The notes below the pieces were generated by a model that was given only the letters and a program-made list of their open reading frames with translations, made no database searches and was not told where the DNA came from. Both the position numbers and the translations under genes were made by a program. A DNA stretch of 61,221 nt, the filler included, from Squatina squatina (taxonomy: Eukaryota): assembly GCA_031763465.1 (NCBI GenBank). It is 3 parts of 3 records of this genome, joined end to end, with 100 filler letters (N's around TTAATTAATTAA, not from the genome) between each part and the next. Parts side by side here need not be neighbours in the genome. Positions count along the whole stretch, not along the records: positions 22,780 to 44,991 come from JARFOE010000235.1; positions 45,092 to 61,221 come from JARFOE010000115.1; 1 more part is not named here. One strand, 5' to 3'. This document shows, in pieces, positions 36,179 to 47,625 of the stretch. How positions within the stretch are numbered: position 1 is the stretch's first letter; each line of letters starts with the position of its first letter.

Positions 36179-37046
36179 ATCTTGATGTCACTGCTGGCTT
36201 CATGAGACTCACGCTATGGGAGCCAATGGCTGAGCAGCAATATAAAAGCAGCTTTGAAAATGGTTATTCTGCAATCTCACTTTCCTCCTCGCCTTTCCAT
36301 TTAAAATGTTAGAAATTTGGACTTTTGCCAAGCTTGGTTACACATACATTCTAAGTGTTGTCAATAGCATTTCAGTAAAGGGTAATGGTGGGTGTGTGAA
36401 ATTTCAGTGCTCTGTTTGAAATATGCAAAAAACATCTCCCAGTACAACTATAGTTTTATTTTCCCTTCCAAATCTGGTTCATGACTGGAGAGAGCATTTT
36501 GGGCGATTTAACACCAGAGTGGTGCTTACAATGTTATCACTGGTGGCGACAGTAGTATTGGAAGCAATTTGAGGGCACAAATTAAGAGCATCATGCAAGA
36601 AGGGTATTGGAAATGAAGCCATGTAGGTATAATTAATTATTTTTTTCTTTATAGTATATTGGTACCAATTGACAAACCAGTGGGTAAAATCTATCAAGCG
36701 TTATACTAGACCACACATGCCAAGAAGGTCCCAGTTTAATCTCTGGTTTGAATGGAGTTAGCCAGTTTAGTACAGCAGTGGGGTACTTCAAATGACCTTA
36801 CCTTTCCTGGGTGGGAATCTAAACTATAAATAAAACTCAACTCCCTTGTGCATTGNNNNNNNNNNNNNNNNNNNNNNNNNNNNNNNNNNNNNNNNNNNNN
36901 NNNNNNNNNNNNNNNNNNNNNNNNNNNNNNNNNNNNNNNNNNNNNNNNNNNNNNNGACTATGAACCTGCAACCTTCTGACTGAGCAGCAAGTGTGCTACC
37001 CACTGAGCCATTGGCTGACATTATGGTCTGTTTTCTTCCCATTTAG

Positions 37047-37205
37047 GTGCCAAGAATCAGCCATGGGTCCAGTTCCAGAGGAAGAATGTTGGGCTTCCAG
37101 AAAACACGTCCTATAGTGATCTGTCTGCCTTCCTCACAACAGCCAACACCGAAATGGAAGTGGAAGGTTTCCCCTACCTCTTGGGCTATGAAGCCAACAA
37201 AACAG
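37047..37205 (+). CDS. FAM171A2: FAM171A2 internal exon ([52 protein letters not shown])
   Basis: atttag acceptor and GTACTT donor, 159 nt; phase-compatible with the 35207-35299 exon. Confidence 0.9.
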
Positions 37206-38652
37206 GTACTTGAATATTTTTTTTGTAGCACAAATGGGCCTTGGGTTGCTGGGGAATCGGAGCAGCTGGAAGATTATAGAAACCCCATTGATGTATCTGT
37301 TATAAATCATTACTGTCAAACTCTGCTGCAACCAACAATGTGAGTCAAGGATTTGATGTGAAGATTGCAGTATTAAACTAAGAATATGATTTCCAATTGC
37401 TACGCTCACCCCCACATTGCAAGGTTTATTTACAATTTCACTTTATATTTGTTTCTTTGTTCTTTTCTCTTCCACATCGAGTCAGCTGAGGCCATACACC
37501 ATATCCTGGCAGGGAGGATGGGCAAATGATCTGTTCCGAGGCCTATGCCAATGTCCTTTTGTCAGCTGGCTAACATGTGGCCAGAATTGCCTCCTAAGTC
37601 CTACACCCCTCCAAACCCCACGGTCGTCTATGCTTGTGGGAAATGACTGCCCGTCTCTCCGTCCCTCTCCTTTACTGATGGCGTAGAAAGATAAAGAAGT
37701 TGTGTGGGGAGGCATGAGTGTTAAATATTTTTTTGCTACCGGAGCCTGACCAAGCATACAGGAGATCCAAAACTGCTTCGCCATGCCGCTCCAGTTGGGG
37801 ATCCTGGAGGGCGCAAAATTGTGCAGCGTCCCATTTGGGGTCATAACTTTTGCGGGAACGCAAAAGTATCGCCGGGAGGGCAAAGAGATTGATTAAGAGG
37901 GGGAAGATGGAGTATGAGAGTAAACTTGCNNNNNNNNNNCAGCGTCCCATTTTGGGGTGGTGACTCTCTGGGGCAGGCCCCCGAAGTACCGCTCCTGGCG
38001 AGATGTAGGCAGTACCGCCCCATAAATGAAACGAAGCTCTGTCTGCTTCAGTTCCGGGGCGGTAATGGAGCGGTGTTGGAGTGCTGTGTCAAGCGCAGCG
38101 CTGAAGAGGTCAGCACCGCGCTTTTGACACCAGCACTTTAACGTGCTACAACGCCCCTGCCCTTCATTTAAAGGGCAGGGCTACTGCACATTCTGCAAAG
38201 CGCCCCAATGGCCGCCACTGGGCCACCAGGGACACTTTTGACCGAGCCAGCAGCCCGGCATGCTCNNNNNNNNNNNNNNNNNNNNNNNNNNNNNNNNNNN
38301 NNNNNNNNNNNNNNNNNNNNNNNNNNNNNNNNNNNNNNNNNNNNNNNNNNNNNNNNNNNNNNNNNCAATAAATGCCGGCCTTGCCAGCGACACCCACACC
38401 AACTGAGTGAATAAAACGAACCGCTTTCCTGGCTGAGCTCAATCAACTCAGCGCTCGAGTAAGCAGTAAAGTTCAAAACAATTACAAGTATGTTTTTAGT
38501 AAAATAGTTATTTTCCAAATCACTGTTCTGAGTTTGAAATGTATGATTTGCAATATGCTTGAAAATCCTTACTTTGGCCTGGCATTTTAAATGTAGATGT
38601 GTGGTGATTTCAAGCTTGCAGTATTTTTATTCATAGAATTTTTATTTAACAG

Positions 38653-40212
38653 GAGAAGATGCCTAAAACCACGCCAACNNNNNNNNNNCAGATCACTTCC
38701 ACTTTAGATAGCTCCAAGAAGGACCAGGCCACCTCAATGTCTCACATCAATTTGATCAGTACCAGCCACTTGGAATCTGTGTCCTCCAATGGGGATATGG
38801 ATGTCCACACACCCATACTGAAATCCGCCTTTAGTACTTCTCGAGAGTTTGAGAGTTCTCGAGAAGAGTTCTTCAAGCAGATTCCATATAGGGATTCGGG
38901 ACAAAAGCTGAGGCACATCAGCAAGGCATCCACCGATACTTTGGCTCATCGAGGAGGTTCGAAAGAAGACTACCACAGGACGGTGGAGAGCTTTCCATTG
39001 AAAGTTGCAAGGTCCATGGATGCTTCTGGAGAGCTGGAGCCACCTTTAATGGACGACTACAGACGGAGCTATAGTTCAATGGTTTCACAACAGCCGATGG
39101 ATGAAAAAGGCAGAGAAGTTCATGCCCGACGCATTTTGGCTGAAAGTAAACTATGCGCGAATGATCCGCCCTCACCTCCGCCATTGCCTCCACCTTTTGA
39201 ATCTCTCGTTGGCCACAAAATGGATAATAAGCCTTCAGAATACATGATGTCCCAGTCTGTTGATCACCTGGCCAGGCCTACAACATTGTCCCAGCCAGGT
39301 CAGCTGATCTTCTGCGGTTCTATCGATCACATGAAGGACAACATGTACAGAAATGTAATGCCTACTTTGGTCATACCTGCCCATTATATGGGATTAACTT
39401 CCGATTATCCTTGCATGGATCAGTCAGCAGGCGTCCCAACAGAACAGTTGGAAATGAAGGGGGTTCCGATGGGAGTGCCCATGTCCCACCAGCATGGACC
39501 TCAGCAGTATCAACATCAGCAAATGCAACAACCGACCCCACAATCAGATGATGGAGAAAGCAAAGGATGGGGCCCCCATTCTTCTTCTATGAGCGGCCCA
39601 ATGGCAGTATTACTGAACGAGTCAGCAATGGCACAGATGAATGGAGAACTGCAAGCACTCACCGAAAAGAAATTTTTGGAGCTGGGCGTAAAGCCTCAAC
39701 ATCCCAGAGCTTGGTTCGTATCATTAGATGGACGTTCCAACGCTCACGTCCGGCACTCCTACATTGATTTACAGACAGGGGAAAGGATTGGAAGCAACGA
39801 TGCCAGTTTAGATTCTGGCGTGGACGTGAATGAGATGAAGCCCGGCAAAAAGGTGAAAGAAGATCGCGATAGACACGTTCCTGGAAATGTGGCCTACAGT
39901 AAGCTGGTTTACATGGATGACACTGAGCAGAGCAGTAGTGAAAGCAGAACCGCCGTCTGCTCCCCAGAGGACAACTCCCTCACCCCTTTGCTGGAAGAGA
40001 CTTCCGAACACAGGGAAACAATCCATCGGCGAGACCGCAGCAGAGGCAACAGCATGAGGAGCAGCACTAGCGAGACCCGCAGGGATTCCGCCACCAGCCC
40101 GGAAGAGGAGATGCAAGACCAGTCTGAAGGGGCAGATGACCAAGGTGAGAATAAAAAGAGCCCCTGGCAGAAACGAGAGGAGAGACCTCTGATGGTCTTT
40201 AACCTGAAGTGA
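38653..40212 (+). CDS. FAM171A2: FAM171A2 terminal coding exon (cytoplasmic domain), interrupted by a 10-N gap at 38679-38688
   Basis: aacag acceptor, then RRCLKPRQ. Contains GQLIFCGSIDHMKDNMYRNVMPTLVIPAHY (A2-type) and HPRAWFVSLDGRSNAHVRHSYIDLQ; ends KKSPWQKREERPLMVFNLK*. Confidence 0.93.
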   Translation, partial: EKMPKTTPXXXXQITSTLDSSKKDQATSMSHINLISTSHLESVSSNGDMDVHTPILKSAFSTSREFESSREEFFKQIPYRDSGQKLRHISKASTDTLAHRGGSKEDYHRTVESFPLKVARSMDASGELEPPLMDDYRRSYSSMVSQQPMDEKGREVHARRILAESKLCANDPPSPPPLPPPFESLVGHKMDNKPSEYMMSQSVDHLARPTTLSQPGQLIFCGSIDHMKDNMYRNVMPTLVIPAHYMGLTSDYPCMDQSAGVPTEQLEMKGVPMGVPMSHQHGPQQYQHQQMQQPTPQSDDGESKGWGPHSSSMSGPMAVLLNESAMAQMNGELQALTEKKFLELGVKPQHPRAWFVSLDGRSNAHVRHSYIDLQTGERIGSNDASLDSGVDVNEMKPGKKVKEDRDRHVPGNVAYSKLVYMDDTEQSSSESRTAVCSPEDNSLTPLLEETSEHRETIHRRDRSRGNSMRSSTSETRRDSATSPEEEMQDQSEGADDQGENKKSPWQKREERPLMVFNLK

Positions 40213-43200
40213 ACAGTGGATTTACTTTTCCAAGAACTTCAAGAAAATCTCCACAAGCATTTGAACATGCATCAGCATCCCGACAGAAAATTTGAGCACA
40301 AACAGAAAAAAAAAACGACTTGAAGTCTGAAGCAACAATATCTGGTGGCCTAAAGACTTCCTCAAGAGAACACCCTGACCGAGAAAGAGATGGAAGCAGC
40401 AAACTAGGTCTCCCAGAATTTGTGCATCTTTTTTTGCAAAGTGGAAAATTAATGGTTAAGGGGAAGAGAGAAAATAACCCAAGTGACAAAACTACGTCTT
40501 CTGTAAGGGCAGTTGGAACATGAATTAGTGTTGTCTTTAGAACTTTAATACTGAGTTTTTGTAAAAAAAAAATTATGTCGGTGTGGTATCAACCCACACA
40601 ATAAACTCAGTGACTGTTTTTCCTGAGGAAGATGAAAAGACTATATAAAGGTTAGGTCATTTTGTTACTTTAATTGGAACAACCCTACCAAATGAAGCAT
40701 TTTCGTGCTTGAGGATCAGTAATTTTACATGTCATGAATTTTTTGAATAGGAGCTTTTTTGGAAAGTAGTTTTTTTTTACACACAAGTAAGCAATACCCA
40801 TGATGTGACACAACTCTTGTGTCGTGAGGAAAGTGAGCAGCTTGCTACAGTTTTGCCCTTTAGCCGCATCAGGGATTTATGATCAGATAAAATTTTATGC
40901 TGGGTTTTTGTTTCAGATGCACAGGTTTATACCAAGATATGAATCAGAAATATAAACTATGAAGTTGAAACAGACACAGAATGATTGACATTGAGGACAA
41001 CACATGGTTGGTTACCACATTAGAGCAAGTTAAGGGATAAAAATTAGGTCTTAAAATACAGGAGTAAATGACAANNNNNNNNNNATACATTTCCGAACCT
41101 TTACATTTTTTTCCCCCGTTTTGTATGTTGCTGAAGTGACAGTGCACGAAAGTGATAGAAAATTGGCCGACATTTAAATTATTTACTTTTGTTTGGCCGG
41201 TGTCCGTTTTATTTTCTGCGCCTCCCAGTCCCACGGAACAGAACGTGGGAATACCATTACCCTCCAAACTCCCCACATTTATCCTGACTCGGACATATGC
41301 CACCATTCCTTCACCATCGCAGGGTCAAAACCCTGGAATTCCCTACCGTTCAATGNNNNNNNNNNNNNNNNNNNNNNNNNNNNNNNNNNNNNNNNNNNNN
41401 NNNNNNNNNNNNNNNNNNNNNNNNNNNNNNNNNNNNNNNNNNNNNNNNNNNNNNNTCACCATTACTGGTACTAGCTTTCTTATTCCAGATTTTTTTTTCC
41501 TCCCCTTTTTGTGTATTGTACTTTCCTAACCTTGACCCGAAACCAATCCCAGTAGCAGACCATATAGACCTGGTCCAGTACTCTCCAAGTGCCTTCTTTG
41601 TGTCCAAGTTGTGCAAAAAGGAGGGAAAGCAACACTTTGTCTGTACTGATGTAACGTGGCGGGTGACAACGAAGAGCCTAAAATTAGGAAGTCGGAATTT
41701 ATACATATTTTGTAAGTGTGGCGTTGAATATGTGCAGAAACAGCTAAAGAAACGTTGCCCAGTTACATAATTTACCACTGTAGCCAACCTGTTAGGTAGA
41801 GAGGTAATCACAGGTACAATTTATTCACGTACTGTTTTATATTTAAATATATTAGTTGCATCAAAATTAATTGTTCAATTAATATATGTAAAAGAAAAGT
41901 GACTAGTAGCCTGATGCCTATAGGGATTACCTGGCACATTAATGATGCATTTGTATAACGTCTTGTGCAAATCAGTGAATTTACATAACGACTTGTGCAG
42001 ATTGCTAGCAGGAGTCTAAACAAAGTACTTGTCGAACACATTATCAGTACACCTGTTACTAGGGGTAGATCTGGCTGTGTAAAGTATAGGTTGGGCCCAA
42101 TTTATCGGAACAATGGGGCTGTATTCTCAGCCCTTCTGCCTAAAGATCAGGAAGTGGGTGGGGGGGGAGCAGTTAGCGCTCTGAAAATAGTGGGTCTCCC
42201 GCCCTATTGCTGCGGCAATGCTCATCGGGGCCACTACAGCAAGACAGGCCTGTATTCTGGCGGTAGGCACATTTCCAACCAAGATGGGGGTCCTATGATG
42301 GGACCACACCTGCCATTTTCTCGACTGAGCTGGCTGGAGCGGGAGGAGTAGCAACTGGCAAGCCCGGCCAAAGATGATCCCCAAGGTGAGTTCCTATTTC
42401 TAATCGCGGGGCTGGATTGAGCAAGAGTGCTCCTCTACCANNNNNNNNNNNNNNNNNNNNNNNNNNNNNNNNNNNNNNNNNNNNNNNNNNNNNNNNNNNN
42501 NNNNNNNNNNNNNNNNNNNNNNNNNNNNNNNNNNNNNNNNCTGCTGAGTTTTTCCAGCAATTTTTGTTTGTATTCTAGATTCCAGCATCCGCAGTATTTC
42601 GCTTTTGTATTACTGGGATAGACCAGTTGGCCCGAACGGCCTGTTTCTGTGCAGTAACTTCTGTGTAAAACGCTGTACACAATGCGCGTCTGATTTACCC
42701 CAAAAGACATTAAGGTTTGCTGTACGTGTCTTAAAAGGAAAAATGACGCACAGCTCACTTGGAAAAGATGGAAGGATCTGTGATTACATTAACAGATGCC
42801 TCCGGGTATCAAGTTTAGTCTCCATGTGAGGAACAAGACTGCGTACATCAGTGACTTGGCAGAGAAAGGGCCACAGACCAATATCGAACTCTACAAATAG
42901 AAATGATGACTGCTGCTACACTACAAGATGACAGCTTAACACTTGCAGAAAAAATGTCCAGTGCAAGGTTTAGAAATTCAGAAATGTTGTAAAGTGTCAT
43001 TTTCTATAATTCCGAAAGCATGTACACGTCACCTGATGTTGTAGTTTGAGTTTTGCCCGACTAGTTGTAAAATATTGACTGTACTGAACCACGTGTGAAA
43101 AATAACAAAATCAATTAACAGCCCTGTATAACTTGAAGCCCAGGAAGAATTGTTTGCGATATTAGCAGGCAACATTTAATGGCCTATAAATTGGTCTGTG

Positions 43201-44991
43201 CAGTGCCTGTTTTTCGGGCACTTCTCGGACAACTGAGTCCCAAAGATGGTGGACAGGAAGCATGCACACATTGTGACTGGAAGTGCGTACCCGCCATATT
43301 GGGTAAAGACAAAATATATGTGTCTTCACCCATGCCTGAAGCAAGCATTAGGACAATTGCAAATTCAAACAAGGGGCCTAATACCTGTTTGAAGTTCCCT
43401 TTCCAAGACTGGCCTGACTTGAGCCACCAGTGCAGGCTGCACTGAAGGAAACCAGGCTGAGGGCTCCTCTGCTAGGCCGAACCAAGAATCTAAGCTACTT
43501 GAATATGGAGCCAGGAGGAACGAAGTGGCCCTCCCAACCACTCATTAAAGGAAGTGATCACGGACACTCACTGCCCTCCATATTGTTGCTCACCCTCCAT
43601 CTCCACTCACCCCCTCCATCGCCATTCACCCCCTGCAACCACTCATCCCTCCAATACTGCTCACACCCCTATCGCCATTCACCCCCCCGCCTCCACTCAT
43701 CCCCTATCGTCACTCACCCTCCCCNNNNNNNNNNNNNNNNNNNNNNNNNNNNNNNNNNNNNNNNNNNNNNNNNNNNNNNNNNNNNNNNNNNNNNNNNNNN
43801 NNNNNNNNNNNNNNNNNNNNNNNNNNNNNNNNNNNNNNNNNNNNNNNNNNNNNNNNNNNNNNNNNNNNNNNNNNNNNNNNNNNNNNNNNNNNNNNNNNNN
43901 NNNNNNNNNNNNNNNNNNNNNNNNNNNNNNNNNNNNNNNNNNNNNNNNNNNNNNNNNNNNNNTCAACTCCATTATAATGAATCCCAAGGTCCAATTTCAG
44001 GCGCGTCTCGGGCCTCACCATTCAGGCACAGTGAATACACCCTGTACTCCCCTGCGCACCCAACAATGGGTGCACCCGAATTTCTGGGCCAACGTGTCCA
44101 TACGAGTTACCTCTGTCTGCTAAGGGTCAACACCTCTGTAAAAATAGTAGCGTAATGTTGTATGACCGTGTTAAGTATTTGTATGCTAACACCACAAACA
44201 GTAATGTCTAATCAAGGCTTATTAGCAAAGCTGTAGCAGAACTTAAATACCAGAAGCTACGCAGCAGTTACCAGCAATCCTTTTGCGGCTAGATTCTGTT
44301 TCTATCTTCAAGAGCATAACTCATTGCGATATATAAAATATGAAATGTTTACTTCCTCTCCAGCCCTGGAATTTGCACAGGATCTCTTGGATTACCGACT
44401 TCTAAATGTGTGTTCAAAATTGAACAAACCGGAAGGCAATTTGTACCAANNNNNNNNNNCCAAAATAATCCTGTAATGTGAGTATCCTGTACATCGGGTT
44501 TCATTTACTGAGCAGACCAGTAAACAGAATACATGAATACGTCCATCTGACCGTTAGAACAGTCAAACAAAACACTTGATCCCTCTGTCATCCCTTGTCC
44601 GATACAAGCAGGAGAATACTCCACATGCTCCACTTAATGGACAGCTGCAGCTAGAATTTCCATCTTATAAATCTGAATTATCAAATGAGTCTTTCCAAGT
44701 GTTGCAAGAATTGTACACCTACAGCAGCTTAAAGGGCCAGGTAGCATTGCTAACTGGGACCGTGTTGCTGGCTCAACTGCTGTTGCAGAATTCAAGTAAT
44801 ATAGGATTGTTGAATGTAAAATCATTCACTCAATTATGGTGCCTGTTGTGAGTATTTAAAGTTTCCTCTGCACTTCTCATTGTCTGATCATATTTGACAT
44901 CTGTTGAATGCTGCCATGCAGAGCATTCAGCGTTACTGATAGATTTTATGATGCACAATGCTACCCAGACATTACCGCTTTATTTAAATTT

Positions 44992-45091
44992 NNNNNNNNN
45001 NNNNNNNNNNNNNNNNNNNNNNNNNNNNNNNNNNNTTAATTAATTAANNNNNNNNNNNNNNNNNNNNNNNNNNNNNNNNNNNNNNNNNNNN
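44992..45091. other. Artificial scaffold linker N44-TTAATTAATTAA-N44
   Basis: Same structure as 22680-22779; the 12-mer is at 45036-45047. Confidence 0.97.
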
Positions 45092-47102
45092 CTAGGTTGC
45101 CTCCTTCCTTCCTTCCTCCTTCTCCTACTCCTTGTCTTCCTCTGCTTCATCCTCTTGCTGCTCCTCATGCTCCTGCTCCTCAGCTGGTCACTGTATAGCT
45201 AGCAAGGGATGTACTCTGATGGTAGCAAGGTTGTGCAGCAAGCAGCAGACCACCACGAATCTTGACACCTGCTCAGACAAATACTGCAGGGCTCCTCCAG
45301 AGCAGTCCAAGCAGCAGAGAGGTTGTTTCAGCATGCCAATGGTCAGTTCTATCACATTGCGTGTGGCAGCTTGGCTTTCATAGTATGCATGTTGCCCACG
45401 AGTGCCATGAGCCATGTTGTCAGCGGAAAGACTTTGTCACGCANNNNNNNNNNGCAGAGGGCACAGTGGACTACCACAGAGTGAAGGCATCATGACTCAA
45501 CCATGACAGCCACATCATCCAAACAGATTGCACCACACTCATTTGACATACTTCCCTCTTGCAGGATAAGGTGGCGCACAAGTGCCAGGATATCGGGCAT
45601 TGATCTGCATGATTTGCTGCCTAAGGTCGTACACCAACTGGACATTGAGGGAGTGGAATCTCTTTTGGTTGCGGTACATGTCAGAGTTGGCATGTGGCAC
45701 ACACAAAGTGAGTTGTGTGCAGTCAGTGGCACCCTACACCATGGGGATTTCTGCAATCCAAGCAGAGCCGCGTGCTCGCTCCCCCTGCTGGTCTTTAGCA
45801 AGAGAGAGTGAAATGTAGCCAGATTTCTTGGAATATCGAGCCGTAGTGTCCTCCCTTATGCAACAGTGGACGGCAAATTCTGAGATGTTGCAAATATCTC
45901 CAGCTCCAACCTGGAAGGAGCCAAGCGCATAAATGTTCATCGTCACGGTTACCTTCACAGCGGTCCTTGCCCTGCTCTGAGACTGTAGTTGTGGCAGATT
46001 TCAGTGAGGACGTCCTTACTGAAGCACAGACGTCTGGCACGTCACTNNNNNNNNNNNNNNNNNNNNNNNNNNNNNNNNNNNNNNNNNNNNNNNNNNNNNN
46101 NNNNNNNNNNNNNNNNNNNNNNNNNNNNNNNNNNNNNNNNNNNNNNCCTCAGTTACCTCCCTTATGCAACAGTGCATGGCACACTGGAAGATGTTGCAAA
46201 TTTCGCCTGTTCCAGCCTGGAAGGAGCCCACATACAAAAGCTCCTGGCCACCGTGACCTTCACAGTCACTGGCAACAAGGTCCTTGCCCTGCTCTGAGGT
46301 TGCAGTTGTGGCTGCAGCAGTGAGGCATATTTCAGTGAGGACGTCTGACATATGGTTTCTCGCTGAGGTTGAGGTCGGTGAATTGCTCCCTGCACACCCT
46401 GGGTGGATACGGCCAACTGCCGAGAGCCCTTCTCCACTCCTCCTTTGTCGCTGCTGCTCATTCTCTCGGCCATGCTGTAGGCCAAGTGGAATGCCTATTA
46501 GTGCACCTATGACTTGGAGCAAGTGGCCTATGCAGAATCCTTAAAGTCAGGAAAGCGTCCTTCAGCACCTGCCACACCACTCCCTGTAGATTTTATCAAT
46601 TTTAAATAACTGTACAAACCACCAAACACTTCTACAATTCAGCAACAGCCAGCAGAAAAACAACCAGCAACTAACCTGTAAGTAAGAACATAAGAAATAG
46701 GAGCAGGATTAGGCCATTCTACCTGACTGATCTTCTACCTCAACTCCACTTTCCTGCTATCCCCATATCCCTCAATTCCCTTAATATCCAAATAGTTGAT
46801 CATCTGTGGTGGGGGTATCCTTCCTGCTGCTGAACGTGTGATCAGTTGTGCTTGTTTAAGAGAGGGCATAAGCTGGATTGTTGAGCTCCAAAATAGCAGT
46901 ACTGGCATCAAATCAGTGTTGGATGCTGATTGACGTCACAATTTATTTACTCTGCATAACTCTGGCACTAATGCCCTACCCAAAATGACGTCTGGCGCGG
47001 TCTGGAACAGAAGAGTGCGAGCGCACCATGAACCCCATTTTGGACCTAAATTGGCACCCAAAGCGTCTAAACAACGGGCAACAGAGCCAAATTTTGTGGG
47101 CC
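45092..47102 (-). mobile_element. Decayed PIF/Harbinger DNA transposon (HARBI1-like DDE transposase pseudogene)
   Basis: Minus-strand relics: ATRNVIELTIGMLK..CLDCSGGALQY..VVVCCLLHNLA, VKVTVTMNIYALGSFQ..GDICNIS..AVHCCIRE and GISLSLAKDQQGERARGSAWIAEIPMV, with stops and frameshifts. TIR-like end near 47090-47102. Confidence 0.85.
46685..46792 (-). mobile_element. CR1 3' tail inserted inside the Harbinger element
   Basis: agaacataagaaataggagcaggattaggccatt..ctcaactccactttcc, flanked on both sides by Harbinger-like sequence. Confidence 0.7.
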
Positions 47103-47249
47103 AGACCTCCCATTCCTGTGTCCAAATAAGTTATGTATATNNNNNNNNNNNNNNNNNNNNNNNNNNNNNNNNNNNNNNNNNNNNNNNNNNNNNNNNNNNN
47201 NNNNNNNNNNNNNNNNNNNNNNNNNNNNNNNNNNNNNNNNTGATTGAAA

Positions 47250-47625
47250 CATAAAATTCTGACAGGGTTAGACCGACTAGATGCAGGGGAGAATGTTTCC
47301 CCTAGTTGGGGAGTCTAGAACCATGGGACACAGTCTCGGGATACAGGGTAAGCCATTTAGGATTGAGATGAGGAAAAATTTCTTCACACTGAAGAAATTT
47401 CACACCTGTGGAATTCTCTGCCACAGAAAGCTGTGGAGGCCGGGTCACTGAGTATATTCAAGAGGGAGATAGATAGAATTTTAGACACTAAAGACATCCA
47501 GGGGTATGAGGAGAAAGTGGGAGTAAGGCAATGAGATAGAGGATCAGCCATGATCGTATTGAATGGCGGAGCAGGCTCAAAGGGCCGAATGGCGTGCTCC
47601 TGCTCCTATTTTCTATGTTTCTATG
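47250..47625 (+). mobile_element. CR1-type LINE 3' end
   Basis: Highly similar to 9185-9380; ends gggccgaatggcgtgctcctgctcctattttctatgtttctatg. Confidence 0.9.

Noticed and set aside
38659-40212. Stand-alone intronless 517-aa gene starting MPKTTP
   Set aside because: It is the last exon of FAM171A2; the ATG is out of frame with the true upstream reading frame.
45188-46522. Domesticated HARBI1 gene
   Set aside because: Multiple stops, frameshifts and a duplicated segment indicate a decayed transposon copy.
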